Origin: Cyanophora paradoxa CCMP329
Lineage: Eukaryota > Plantae > Glaucophyta
DNA length: 63,225 nucleotides
Direction: 5' to 3'
NCBI GenBank assembly: GCA_004431415.1
Contig: QPMI01000659.1
Span: forward strand, 1 to 63,225
Part shown: one piece after another, positions 21,158 through 33,885 of the stretch
How the letters are laid out: every line of letters starts with the position of its first letter
Position numbering within the stretch: position 1 is the first letter of the stretch
Translations under genes and position numbers: made by a program
Notes under the pieces: generated by a model
Databases searched by the model: none
What the model was told of the DNA's origin: nothing
Seen by the model: only the letters and a program-made list of their open reading frames with translations

Positions 21158-24100
21158 TCACGCCGGCGCGTGGCACGTGTGCGCCGCAACGTGGGCAGCC
21201 TCCACCAAGGGGCGGCGGCGCAGCGCGGCGGCGAGGCGGGGGAAGCGGGCGGCGAGGCAGCGGCCGGCCGGGAGCGCTAAGTCCGCCAGGGAGCTCGCCA
21301 GGAGGAGGGCCACGGAGAACGAGGCGATCGCCACGAGGGCCGCGCCCCCGCCCCACTCCGTCAGCAGCCCTGCGGCACCCTCAGCAGTCGACCCGACCCT
21401 CCAAAGTTCGATGGAGCACGCACCGCAGCTGAAGGCGTACGCCAGGCAGTAGAAGAGGATCTGGCCGACGGAGACAGCGATGGCGACGCCGTTGAGGAAG
21501 CGCGCCGCGTGCGGCATCGACCAGACGAGGAACGCGAGGAAGGCGGACTGCGCGCACGGCCGCGGGGGGCGGGCTGAGAGGGGCGGGCGCGAGCCTCGGG
21601 GCGGGGCGGGCGGCACCTCAAGGAAGCCGCAGGCGAGGGCCTGCGCGCCGGGCGAGTCCAGCGCGAAGAGGGCGACGCAGGTGACGAGGAACTTGAGGAG
21701 GCGCAGCGCTGCGGGGCGCCGGCGATGAGGCGGCGGACGCGGGCCCGAGGCGGGGCGAGGCGGGGCGGGGCGGGGGCGGACCGCCGCAGAGGAAGGCGAG
21801 GCGGCGGAGGCGGAAGGGCGCGTAGACGGGCGAGAGGGCCGGCAGCAGGTCCAAGCCGCGCAGGCCCCGCCGCAGCGCGCGCACCCGGGCCCAGCCGCCC
21901 CCGGGCCCAGCGCCGCCCTCCTCTTCGCGCTGCGCCCCCTTCTTCGAGGCGAGGACCGCCGCAGCCGCGGCCGAGTCCAGGTCGGCGCCCGCCCCCTCCT
22001 CCTCCTCCTCCTTTTCGTCGTCCGCGGCGGGGTCGCCCTCCTCCTCCCCCTCCCCCTTCCCTGCCGCGGGCGCAGGAGGGGCGAGGGCCGCCTCCGACGC
22101 TCCCTTCAGCTCCGCCGCCGCCCACGCCAGCCTGTGCTGCCCCTTCGGCCGCGCCTCGGTCCCGTCGGCGGCGTTCGCGGCGCGCGTCGCAGCCGCGGCC
22201 TTGGCCACGCCGCGGGCCGCCTTTGCCGCGAGGGCGAAGGGCCCGAGGAGCGCCGCGCCGGCCGCCCTCGCGAGGCGGCGCAGCGCCGACGGCCCGCCCG
22301 CGCCGGCGGCGCCGCCCTGGGCGCCCTCATTGACGCGGTACGTGTCCGCGCGGCCGCCGAAGCGGCTGCCGGCCTTGTGGTCGCCGGCCTTTTCCAGCTC
22401 GTCGTCTGCGACGTCGCCGACGAGCCAGGGGCCGAAGGCCGGGTCCTGCAGCGGGCCCCCGCCGCCCGTCGCCGCGCCCTGCCCGCGCACTGCGGAGGGG
22501 AGCCCTGTCAGATGGGCGGCGGGAGGGGGTCGGGCCGGCGGGCTCACGGCGCATCGGGTCGGGCGACGCCGGCGCTGGCTGGGGGTGCGCAAGGGCGACG
22601 CCTGCCGCCCCCGGCCGAGCGCCCTCCCAAGGGGACGGCCCGCGCTCTCGCGCAGCGCCGACGCCGCCGCCGCCTCCGAGTCGCTCAGGAGGGTGCACGG
22701 CTGCCGCGGGCGGCCCAGCGTCCTGCCGGCGGGCCGCCCCGCGAACTCGCGCGCCGCCGATGCCGCCGCCTCCTCGACCGAGAAGGGCACGGCGGGCTCA
22801 GAGGCCGACCGCGGGCGGCCGGCCGCGGGCCTCGGTGCCGGCGAGGGGCCCGGCGAGCCGGCCTTGGCGGCCGCCGCATCCGCCTCGTCGGCGGGGCGAT
22901 GGTGGCGGGGCCCTTGGGGGCGCCGACGGGCCGGGGGCGGCGGGGTCCCTCGGGAGGTGGGGCCCGCGGGGCGCCAGAGCCGCCGGCCCCTCGTCGAAGG
23001 CCGCCGGCTCGTCGAGCTCGTCCAGGCCCAGCGGCGAGGGCGGGCCCGGGGACGAGGCCGGCGAGTCCGGCGGGGCGGGAGAGGGCGCCCCCAGCGAGGG
23101 CGCCCCGCCGCCGCCCTCCCCTCGCCGCCTTTCGGAGCGCCCACGGGCCGCGGGCGGCGCGGGCCGTCCGGGGAGTGGGGCCCGCGGCGGCGGCTGAATC
23201 GCGCGGCGGCGGCGGCGGCGTCCCAGGGGTCGATCGGGGGCTCTCCGACGGCCCCGCGGCGCGGGCGCGTCCGCCGGCGGCGCCGCGAGGACGAGAACGC
23301 GGCCGGTCTGCGGGGAGGCCAGCAGGTCGACGACCGCGTCCCACTCGGGCCCTTGCGCTGCGGCCCCGGCGCAGACGCCGCCGCTGCCGGCGGCCGTCGA
23401 GCTCGTGCCCGCGCTCGCGCCGCGCGAGATGAGGACAAGGGGCGCGCGGCGGGCGGCCGCGGCGGGGGCGCGCGCGCGGCCGCGGGCGAGCTCGGAGCCG
23501 CTGCTGCTGTCGCTGCTGTCGGTGCTCTCGCCGGGGCGGCGAAGGCGGTGGGGCGGAAGGGAGAGACGGCGTCCTCCACGGGCACCTGCGCCGCCCTCTT
23601 CTTCCTCCGCTTCTGCGGCCTCTCGTCGGGGCCCGCCGCCTTGGGTTGCCCCTCGAGCTCCGCCACGCCGCGCGGCATCGCGTCTGCTGCGGCCTCTGCG
23701 GCCGGGGCCACCTTTCCATCGCCCGCGAGGCCCGCCGCGCGCAGCCGGGCCTGCGGCGCGTCAGTCGGGCCCGAGCGCAAGGGCGCGAGCTCGGGCGGGG
23801 CGCACCAGGAGGCTGCCGGCGGCGGGCGGGCCGGCGGAGGCGGAGACGGCCGCCGCGCGCTGGAGGAGAAGGCGGTAGGGGCGGCCAAGGCGGTTGGCGA
23901 GGAGGCAGACGAGGCCGAGGGCGTAGAGGAGCGGGCCCAGCGCCAGGAAGGCGGCGGCGGCGGCGACGAGGGGGCGCGAGCCGGTGCGGAAGACCGAGGC
24001 CGCCGCGAAGCAGACGCCGGGGTAGCACGCCGAGATCGCCATCAGCTCCGGCTTCGGAAAGTCGAGCGCTGGGCGGGAGGGGTCGGCGGGGGGAGGAGGA

Positions 24101-27100
24101 GCGGGGGAAGCGGGGCGCGCACCGGGGAGGACCTGCGCGGCGAGGCGGACGGCCCTCGAGGGCTCCCGCTCGCCCGCGGCGCGGTCGCGCGCGCGCAGGC
24201 GGTCGCGGTAGCGCCGGAGCAGCCGCCACGCCAGCGGCCGCGCGCCGGCGACGAAGAGGAGGAGGAAGAGGGAGGTGAGGAGGTTGTTCGTCCAGCGCGT
24301 GGCGGCCGCACGCTCGCGGGCAGCCGGCGTGGCGGCCCTGAGCAGGCGACGCGAGGTCGACGTGCCGGACGGGGCGCGGAGGGGCGCCTCCTCGCTGGAG
24401 AGCAGCGACCACGAGAAGGAGGCCGCAAAGTCCCTGTAGGCTCTGGGGAGGAGGCTCGGGTCGAACTCGTTGGTCAGGGCGACCCACCTTGGGGAGGGCC
24501 GTCAGTCCCTGCGCCGAAGAAAGGAGGGGCAGAGAGGGGCCGCACTGGATCTGCGAGAGGAGCATGAAGGCGGCGGCGGAGGCGGTGCTGGTCGTCGCCC
24601 GGGCCGCGGCGGCGGAGACGGCGGCCACGGTCGACGAGGCGCCGGAGGTCGCCACGCTGGCGGCGGTCGCGGTGCCCATCGCGGCCGCGGAGAGGGCGTT
24701 CGCCGCCGCCCCGAGCGGCGCGGCGGACCCGGCGGCCGCGCTGGAGGCCGCGGCCGCGGATGTGTAAGGCGGGGTGCCCGGGGAGGGCTCGGGGGAAGAC
24801 GGGGGAGGGGAGGGGACGGACCCCGAGCCCGTCAGGCTCGGGCTCGGGCTCGGCGCGGGGCTGGGAAACGGGCTCAGACCCGGCGTCTCCGTCAGAACCG
24901 GGTTCGTAGTCGTTGCTCCAGCCGCGGAGCTCGGGCTCGGGCTCGGCGTCTCCGTCAGCAACGGGTTCGCAGTCGCTGCCCATACCGCGGGGCTGGGGCT
25001 GGGGCTCGGCGTCTCCATCAGCAACGGGTTTGTAGTCGCTGCTTCAGCCGCGGAGCTCGGGCTCGGGCTCGGCGTCTCCGTCGGCGACGGGCTGGGCGAT
25101 GCTGAGACGCCTGGCACAGGGCTCGGGCTGGGGCTCGGCGTCTCCGCCGGCGACGGGCTGGGCGATGCTGAGACGCCTGGCACAGGGCTCGGGCTCGGGC
25201 TCGGCGTCTCCGTCGGCGACGGGCTGGGCGATGCTGAGACGCCTGGCACAGGGCTCGGGCTGGGGCTCGGCGTCTCCGTCGGCGACGGGCTGGGCGATGC
25301 TGAGACGCCTGGCACAGGGCTCGGGCTCGGGCTCGGCGTCTCCGTCGGCGACGGGCTGGGCGATGCTGAGACGCCTGACACGGGGCTCGGGCTGGGGCTC
25401 GGCGTCTCCGTCTGCGACGGGCTGGGCGATGCTGAGACGCCTGGCACAGGGCTCGGGCTGGGGCTCGGCGTCTCCGTCGGCGACGGGCTGGGCGATGCTG
25501 AGACGCCTGGCACAGGGCTCGGGCTGGGGCTCGGCGTCTCCGTCGGCGACGGGCTGGGCGATGCTGAGACGCCTGGCACAGGGCTCGGGCTCGGGCTCGG
25601 CGTCTCCGTCGGCGACGGGCTGGGCGATGCTGAGACGCCTGGCACAGGGCTCGGGCTCGGGCTCGGCGTCTCCGTCGGCGACGGGCTGGGCGATGCTGAG
25701 ACGCTTGGCACAGGGCTCGGGCTGGGGCTCGGCGTCTCCGTCGGCGACGGGCTCGGGCTCGGGGAAGGGCTTGCACTGGGCGACGGGCTCGGGCTGGGGC
25801 TCGGCGACGGGCTGGGACTGGGCGTCGGTGTGGCAGCGCTGAGCGTCGTGAAAGAGAGAGTGGCGTTCGCGCCGCTTCCGGCGCTGTTCTGCGCCGCCAC
25901 GTGCACCGTGTAGCTCGTGGAGGCCGCCAAACCCGTCATCGTGTAGCTCGTGGCCCCTGCCCCGAGGGCCGCGACCTGAGCACCCCCCAAAAACACCGCG
26001 TAGCCGGCGAGGGCGACGCCGCCGCTGTCCGCGGGGCTGCCCCACGTCACCACAGCGCCCGTCGAGGTGACGGAGCTGGCGGCGAGGGGCGTCGGCGCTG
26101 TCGGCACGTCGGCTGGCGTCGTGTAGTTGACAGTCCCGCTCGAGTCGCTCGTGCCGACCGCGTTGCTGCAAGTCGCGTTCAGGTAGTACGCCTGCGCGAG
26201 AACGGAGTCTCGGCAACGGGAACGAGGTCGGGCGCGCGTGCAGCCGCGAACCGTGTTGCGGGTCAATCCCGTGACGGAGCCGCTGTAGACGCCGGCCGCA
26301 AGCGACAGCGTCGATGTGGTGCCCAACGAGTCGGTCACGTACATCGTGCATCCTGCAGCGCGTTTAGAGTTGCATATGTAAGCGGGCCGGTTCTGGGATC
26401 GCCTGTTGAGACAAGGTTTCCAGTGTTGGCCGTCAGCGTGACGGTGATCACGGTCGGCGTGCCGCTCGCGGCAATCGCCGGCGGGTCCGGCTGCGGGATG
26501 GCGTGAGGTGGTGCGGCGCACGCCGTCACGTTGCTGGCGACGAACGCACCCGCTGGACACCGCGAGCAGCCCGCACGCGGTTACCAGCCTTCTCGACGAA
26601 AACGATCGACCCGCCGTCGACTGTCGTGAGGAACCCCGGCTGGTTCAGCCCGACGGTGACGCCCGAGAGGGCTGGCAAGCAGCTCAGCGGGGGCGAGCGA
26701 GCGGAAGGAGAGACGGCTCACCGATCCCGTCAGTGGTGGTTGACGGGTTCGTCGATATGAGCTGCGTCAGCGAGGTGCCGCTGCGCGTCGCGTGAGCAAG
26801 GCGATCGGAAACGCGAATTCGAATGCGAGCGCGGCCGCGCGCGCGCGCCTGACGGCGTTGGCGTAGTAGAGGGCCGACGCGCCGCCCGAGGCGTACGAGG
26901 CGATCCAGAGGAGACCGCTGCGGGGTGGCGTGAGGAGGGCGCGCGGGAGCGGAGGTGCCAAGGCGCGGACGTGGAGGGATCGATCTCCATCGAGTAGGTG
27001 TTCGCGGCCGATAGCTTCGCGGCGTCCGTGAGCCACAGAGTCGAGAAGCCTGCGCTCGCGATCGGGTCAGAACGATTGGCGCGGGCCCCTGCCCCGCTCA

Positions 27101-28261
27101 CCATCGTAGGAAACCTTGCGGATGTTGGTGCACCCCGCGTCCAGGGCGAACAGCCGCTGCGGGAGGGCATTCGACGCCACGAATGCAGCGGGAGGAAACG
27201 GGGGCGGCACCTGCGAGGGGGAGTGCCAGGAGACCGCCCGGATGGAAGTGAAAGAGACGCTCTGCTTATTGGTGGTCGAGTCGGAACAGCCGGCCGAAGA
27301 CTTCCCCGCAATCGCCCCGACGGCGCCGAGGGCGCCTGCGGTCGTCGCTGACGGCGGCTGAGGGCGTGCAAAGGGGGAGGGAGCTCACCGGCGGTCAGCT
27401 GGCCGGCCGCGACCTGCGTGAGGCTAGAGACGGAGAAGACGGTGGGGACGCCCGCGACGTCGCCGATCTCTCCCACACTGAAGCTGAAACTGTTGCCCAT
27501 CCCTTGCGCCAGCGACACCTCGGCTGCGCAGGGGCGAGCGCCCCGCGTCACGGGGCTGGAGGCCGGCCGGCGCTGCTGCCGCGCACCCGTCGCCAGGTTG
27601 ACGCGCCGCCACTTCTTGCTGTTGGCATCGCTATCGAACAAGAAGCTGCGGGGCGTGTCGGCGGGCGGAGACGTGGCGGGAGCGACCCACGCACAGCGAG
27701 TCGGAGACCGCATCGTACATCAGGTTCGCTGGGGCGCTGAAGCGAGCGAACGTGCCGAACCCATCGGTGAGGGCGCAGGTCCCCGCCACGCCTGCAATCA
27801 CAGCAGAAGAGAGGGAGGCTGTCCGACGCGGCGTGAGGCACGACGAAGAAAGCGCGAGAAGGGGAGGGAGGGATGTTGACAAGCGGTGGCCGAGAGGGAC
27901 GTCAAATTCGATATGGCGCGCAAGGCGCAGCTGTCCATCACGTACAGCGCGCTTCGGCTGGGCGCGTACGCGGCACCTGCCCGAGCGGCGGTTGGAAAAG
28001 CGCAGGGAGGAAGAGGCCGAGAGTGCCGCCAACGCACCCTGTATGTTACCGAAGGTCGAAGAGGAGCACACCCCGTTGGCTGTGCCTGCCGCTCCTGTCC
28101 CCCGTGCAAGATGCTCCCGTGCAAGAGAAGATGCCCGAGACGATGATCTGGGCACTTGCACTGCATAGAAGTGACAGCACCGCGAGGAGCGGCAGCAGGC
28201 GTCCGGTTCCTCGCCATGGCCAGCTGCAGCTGCTGCTTTGCTGCCTGGCCACGGATCGCAT
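21158..28261 (-). CDS. Large surface protein: signal peptide, NHL-like repeats, fibronectin type III domains, Ser/Pro mucin-like stalk, multi-pass TM region
   Basis: Signal-like LLPLLAVLSLLCSASAQ; NHL-like IAGVAGTCALTDGFGTFARFSAPANLMYD; FN3 VPTAPTPLAASSVTSTGAVVTWGSPADSGG..YTMTGLAASTSYTVHV; (SP)n stalk; hydrophobic exons AAFMLLSQIQ, YRDFAAFFSWSLL, AFLALGPLLYALGLVCLL, FLAFLVWSMP..VAIASFSVALLL. Confidence 0.75.
24880..25820 (-). repeat. Coding tandem repeat: ten near-identical 66-bp units (TETPSPSPSPVPGVSASPSPSP) plus three diverged 63-bp units and (SP)n
   Basis: GCTGAGACG recurs every 66 nt from 25101 to 25695. Units near 24885, 24948 and 25011 are spaced 63 nt apart. Confidence 0.95.
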
Positions 28262-29242
28262 GCGCTGTCGGTTCCTCATGCTTCTCTCTTGTTGTGCAGC
28301 GGTGGACGCCGATGCAGCCCGCGGCCGCGGCCGGCCCGCCTCGAGCTCCGAGACTGGAAGTCGAAGCGCCATCTCCTGCCCAAGATCTATGGCCTGCGGC
28401 CGTGCTGCCTTCGCTATCGCCTCCTGCTGTGATGCATCTCCCACATGCGGCACTCCTGCCAACCGCGTCTTTGACTCCCGCGCGGTTAGAGCGCTGCCAG
28501 GTCACCTTTCAGGGAACTTCAAGACAGCGCTAGCCTTCACGCCAGGGCGCGCAAAACGCCTCTACTGGTGTGCTGCAGTTGCGCTGTCGACGTCGCTCCT
28601 TGTGATGGCTTGGCCACGCGTCGGCTCGATGTACTCGATGTCTGGCGCTGCTTGAGGCGCTTCTACTCGATGGCCATGGCAGTTGTCGGCAGCTGCAGGC
28701 GCTGCTTCGCTTCAAGTCGCCGGCTTGCAATTGGTAAGGCTGTGTTGCTTGATGGGAAACTACGGCGACCGGAGTCGAACCCTCGAAACTTACGGGTGAA
28801 ATTTGATCGCGCAGCTGCAGCCTGCAGCTGCATGCGCAGCTGCAGCCTGCATGCGCAGCTGGAGCGCATGCGCATGCGCATGCGCAGCAGTTAACGTAAA
28901 ACGCGTACGTTTACGCGCGTTGATCATATGCATGACGCGTGCTCGTGATCGATATCATGATCATGCCATATGCATGACTCAGTGATGAGCCCGGCCGCCG
29001 GCGCCCGGCCGCGCGGCGCGGCCGCCGGGCCGATCTAGCTATAGCTATAGATCGATATCGTCTAGCTATAGATCTAGATCTAGAACTTCGGAATACTGCC
29101 GCATGCGCAGTGCCGCTGGCCATGGTTGCAACTTGGCAATTGATGTACATGTTTGCTTCTGCGCATGCACTGCCAAGCCCGAGGCTGATCATGACAAGCT
29201 TAAGCCTCGAAATTAGAGTACATGTACATCCGCTTCGGGGGG

Positions 29243-32164
29243 CTACGGCCCCCGGGGCTCGAAGACGAGGCGGGTGCAGGCGGGGTGCGGCTTGAGGATG
29301 ATCGCCGACCCGTTCTGCCGCGGGCCCGGGGGTGAGGCCTAGGGGCCGGGTGCAGGAGGGGGGGGGCGGGGCGCACGGCGAAGCGGAGCGGGGGCGCCCC
29401 GTCGGGCGGCCGCACACGGAAGCGCGCGAGCACCATGCAGAGCAGCGCCCGCTGCGCCCCGCCCCGCCCGCGCTCGGGCCCCGGCCCGGCGGGAGGCCCA
29501 TGGCGCGGCTGGCCGCGGGGGACTGGGCGCACCTGCTCGAGCAGGGAAAAGTTGTTGCCGAGGCAGGTGCGCGCCCCGCCAGGAACGGCGCATAGCTGAA
29601 CGGGTGCCGCCCCGCGCTGCGCGGCGCGGCGCAGGAGCCCCTCGCTCGGGCCGGCGGGGGCGGGGCGGCGGGGGCGGGCGGGCGGGGGCGAGCCTGCGCT
29701 CCGGGGTGAAGCGCTCCGGGTCGAACTTCTCGGGCTCTGGCCAGAACTGATCGCCGGCTCAGCGGGGAAGCTCGAGCTGGAGGCGTAGGCGGGGGGAGGG
29801 GGATGGGAGGGGGCACGGGCGGGCCTCGGGGTCGTGGTGGATGGAATGGAGGGGGATCGTCACGAGTGTCTGCGCAGGCGGCTTGGAGGAAGGAGGGGGG
29901 CGCGGGGGGGGGGTGCCGCACCCCCTTGGGGAGGTGGTGGCCCAGCAGGTTCGTGTCCGCGCTCAGCCGCCGCAGCGGGATCCTGCCCCCGGCGCCCCGC
30001 CCCCTTAGAGGGAGCACGCCGGCGCGGCGGCGCAGCTCCGCACGTGTAGACGGGCGGGTACATGCGCATGCCTGCGGGCGGGGCGGGGGCGGTCGAGCGG
30101 GGAAGGGGCGAGGGGCGGGGCGGGGGGCGGGGGCGGGCGGGCCCTCCTTGATGACGAGGTTGAGGTACTCGAGCTGCGCACCGCCCGTCAGCCGGGCCCG
30201 GGGCGGGGCCGGGGTGGGGCGGGGGCGGGCCCTGTTGAGGTCCTCGAGGGTGGGCGCCCGCAGGCGCTCCGGGCCCGCGCCGAGAATGCCGTCCACCTCC
30301 GCCCGCGCCCGCTCCTGCGCCCCCGCCGCCTCGCCCGGGGCCCGGCGGGCGGTACGGGGCAGGGCGGGGGGCGCGGGCCTGGATCTCGGGGTGGCGGGCG
30401 AGGGAGTGGAGGGCGTAGAAGAGGGCGACCGCTGCGTGGAGGGCTCAGCGGCCGGCGCGGGGCGCGGGGCGCGGGCGCGGGGCGGGGTTGGTGGCGGGGG
30501 CGGGCCCGTGGTGTCGTGCCCCGCGATGAGGAAGACGACGAGGTTGTCCCGCAGCTCCTTGTCCGTCAGCCCGAGGCCGCCCCCGGTGCGCCTCCTGCCG
30601 CCCGCGTGGGCCGGCGGGGCGGGCGGGCGGGGCGGGGCGGGCGGGCGGGCGGGCCTCGTTGGCGGCGACCATCATCTGGAGGAGGTTGGATGGCTTCTCG
30701 AGGCCCGCCGCGTCCCCCGGCACGCCTCGATCCGCCCGTACAGCATCCTGCCCCGCCGCCCGCCCCGCTCGACCCCAGCGCGCCGCCGCGGCCGGTGCCG
30801 GCAGGGGGCGCGCCTGTCGAGGGCGGCGAAGGCGCGGCGGGCGCGGCGGTTGCTCGGAGGGGCAGCCGGTCGATCCACGGCATCGCGAAGCGCCACAAGC
30901 TCGCTGCGCCGGCGCCCGCCTCGCTCGGGCGCGGGGGCGGGGCGCGGGGCGCGGGGGCGGGCAGGTGGCGTCGACGGCGACGTTGTAGTCCTCGAGGATG
31001 GCGTCCCCGCTCCCCTCCAGCGCCCCGAAGTCCCGCCCGAAGGCCGCCGCCCCTGAGAGCAGCCCGAGGCGTCAGCGGGCGAGGCCGCCGCCGGCGGGGG
31101 GGGCGGCGGAGGCGGGCCGAGGACGTCGATGGCGAAGCGCTGGAGGAGGTCGGCGGCGTCCACGGGCGATCCCCCCGCCGCCTCCAGCGCCCCGCACAGC
31201 CGCGCCCCGTACGCCCCGAACGTCGGCACCAGCGGCCGCAGCGCGTCGAAGTGGAACCTGAGCCGAGTCGGGCGCGGGCACGAGGGGCGGCGGGGGCGGG
31301 GGCGGGGCGGGGCGCGGGGCGCACGCGGGGGCCATGAGGCGCCGGTGGCGGCTCCAGGCCGGCCCGTTCTCGAAGACGACGTTCTTGCCGATGAACTCCT
31401 GGGCGAGCGGCTGCATCACGTCACCGGCCGCCTTCTCGAAGACGTCCGACGAGGCCTGCAGCGCCTGCCGCAGCCCCTCCGGCTCGTACACGTCTGCCCC
31501 CGCCCCGCGCCGGCGCCGGCGGGCCTTCAGGAGAACGTTACTAGGCTAGCGCACTAAATGGAGTGGACTTCATAAGTTTTAGGCCCTAACGGGAGCCCGG
31601 GCGCATGCGCACAGACTAGCCAGAACCCGAAGAACGGCCCTGGGGCGCGCGGGCGGGCGCCGCGTCAGCCGGGACGAGCGCGCAGACGCGGGCGGAGGGG
31701 AGGGGGCTGCGGGTGCCTTGGTGGAGCCGCCCGAACTTGTCCCGCATCGCGGCGAAGATCTCTGTCGCTGCGCGCGGCGAAAAGGCATCCCGGCCCGGTC
31801 ACTTGGGCTTCGGGGATTAGCTCGCTTTTACGCACAGTGCTCGCCGCGAAGCATCCCGCCGATGCCCTGTCGTTGGCGCCCGCGCGCCGGGGGTGTCAAT
31901 GCGCAGAGATGCGTACGTCACGTCAAGACCTAGGGCTGCGCCGCCACGTGCACGTACGTCCCATCGACTGCGTGTTGGAAGCGTTGAGCACACGACATGC
32001 TCGCTCCGCCACGACCGCCAGAAGAGCGCGGCTCCTCCGAGCGCAGCTGCACCGACAAGTACCGAGCGCAAGCTCGGCCGATCCCCCCGAGCCCCAGCGA
32101 GCTCAAAAATACGGTTCAAAGCATCGCCTGCGGCTGCTAGGGCCGCGCTCGCGGCGGCGGACAT
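29243..32164 (-). CDS. Cytochrome P450 (multi-exon)
   Basis: N-terminal anchor VLVGAAALGGAALFW; VFENGPAWSRHRRLMAP; I-helix DNLVVFLIAGHDTT; EYLNLVIKE..MRMYPPV; EKFDPERF; heme motif PFLAG(A)RTCLGNNFS near 29550-29590 with a 1-nt indel in a G run. Confidence 0.93.
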
Positions 32165-32246
32165 GCGCCCAAGCGTAATTAACGTACCCCAGCGGCCAAA
32201 AGTTGAAAAGTGGCTGGGAGCGCTTAGAGAGAGCATCTTGGAAGCT

Positions 32247-33760
32247 ATGGAGGCGGCCGGGGAGGCAGGCAGGCCTGTTGGCATCCTGCGCTGCGACGCC
32301 TTCTACGACGACTGGGAGCGGTGCGCGCCATGCGCGGGCGCCGGCGGCGTACGACTCGGCAATGCTCACGCGCGGCGCTCACAGGCTGTACGCGAACCTC
32401 ATCGACGCGGCCCCGGGCTTCCCCCCGCTCTCGTGCGCCGACCCGCTCGAGCTCGCGCTGCCGCCTGCGCGCTCGCCGAATGCTCACCCGAATGCTCGCC
32501 GCTCGCCGTGCAGTTACCGGATGTACGACGCACAGCGCGGCGATCTTCCTACAGATGCCGAGCTGAGCTCGCTGGCCGGCGTCGTCATCACGGGCTCCGC
32601 CTCGGACGCTTTCGTCGACACGCCGTGGATCGCAAAGCTGCGGGAATGGATCTCAAGGCACTACGGTAGCGGCAGCGGAGGCCAGGGCGCGCCCCCGCTG
32701 CTCGGCATCTGCTTCGGTGCGACTTCGTGGCGTGCCTGGCGCGGGCGCGGGGCCGGCGGGCCGAGGGGCGCGGGGCGGGGCAGGGCACCAGGTAGTCGCG
32801 CACGCGCTGGGCGGGCGGGCGGGGCGGGCGGAGGGCGGCCTCGTGTTCGGCGCGCGCCTCATCGAGCCCGACGAGGACGCGTGCGCCGCCCGCCCCGCCC
32901 CGCTCCGCCCCGACGCTCGCCGCTCGCCTCGAGCCCTCCGCCCCGCCCCGCAGGTGCCTGAAGCTCCCGTACGCCCGCCGGGCGGCGGAGGCGTGCGGCG
33001 GCCTGCCCCGGCGCGTCCGCATCATGGGTCCGCCGGCACGCCCCGCGCCCCGTCGCCTGCTCCCTCCCAGACCAGGGGCCCCCAGAGTCCCACAACGACG
33101 AGGTGGTGTCCTTGCCGCCGGGCGCCCAGCTCCTGGCCAGGTCCCCTCCCCACCACCCCCCCCTTCCCCCCCCCCCCCCCCCCCCCCAGCCCGGGTACGG
33201 CAGCTCGCCGGGGACGCGTGTGGAGGTATTCGGGATCGGGGAGGGGGTCCTCTGCCTCCAGGGCCACCCCGAGGTGCGCCCCGGGCCCCCCCTCTTCCTG
33301 CGCTTCCTGACGCTGCACCCAGTTTGCGACGGGCCACATGGTCCGCAGCCCCTCTGCGGCCCGCCCCCGCGCACCCCCTTGAACCGAGCCGGGCCCGCGC
33401 CAGAACGAGGTGATCGCGCCGCTGCGGTACCCGTCGTGCGGGCCCAAGGGGCCGCTCTCCCCCGAGGGCCTGGCCGCCCTCCAGGCCTCCATGGTACGCC
33501 CCCCAGCCGCAGGGTCGGCGCCGGCCGGCAGCGCCTGGCGGCTGAGCTGACCTCGGCGGCAGGCGCAGGCGGTGGAGCCGGGGGCCCCGCCCTGCCCCGT
33601 CTGCCCCGCCCTCCTCCGCGTCCTCCCCGCCTCCGCCTCGAGCTCGGCGTCGGGGCCGGGGCGGGGCCTGCTGGCGGCGGACGCGTGCCACGCGGCCTCG
33701 CACGTCTTCCTCGCCCGCCTCCTCCGCGAGTTCTTCGCCCCCCGGCGCGAGTGTCACTGA
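32247..33760 (+). CDS. Class I glutamine amidotransferase-like protein (standalone; gamma-glutamyl peptidase-like)
   Basis: GVVITGSASDAF..PWI, nucleophile elbow LLGICFG|HQVVAHALGG, SHNDEVVSLPPGA, LCLQGHPE (Cys-His-Glu triad). Confidence 0.9.
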
Positions 33761-33885
33761 TCATCATGCATGTGTCCGGCGAGGGGGGGTGAGGTGGCGG
33801 GGGCTACTGTTCACATCCGTTTCGACCGAAATTCCGGTCGAAGCCGGACACCGGTACCCGAGGCCGCCGCGCAGCGGTCCGGACC

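Noticed and set aside
16140-24567. Very long ORFs such as 16140-18554, 21618-23888 and 22201-24567
   Set aside because: Arg/Pro/Gly/Ala-rich read-throughs of GC-rich introns or antisense shadows; the real coding pieces switch frame at splice sites.
25081-25760. CRISPR-like regular repeat
   Set aside because: Head-to-tail 66-bp coding units with no unique spacers, no cas genes, eukaryotic context.
28760-28810. Minus-strand GGTTCGACTCC resembling a tRNA T-loop/B-box
   Set aside because: Flanks do not form a T-stem or cloverleaf and no A-box is evident.
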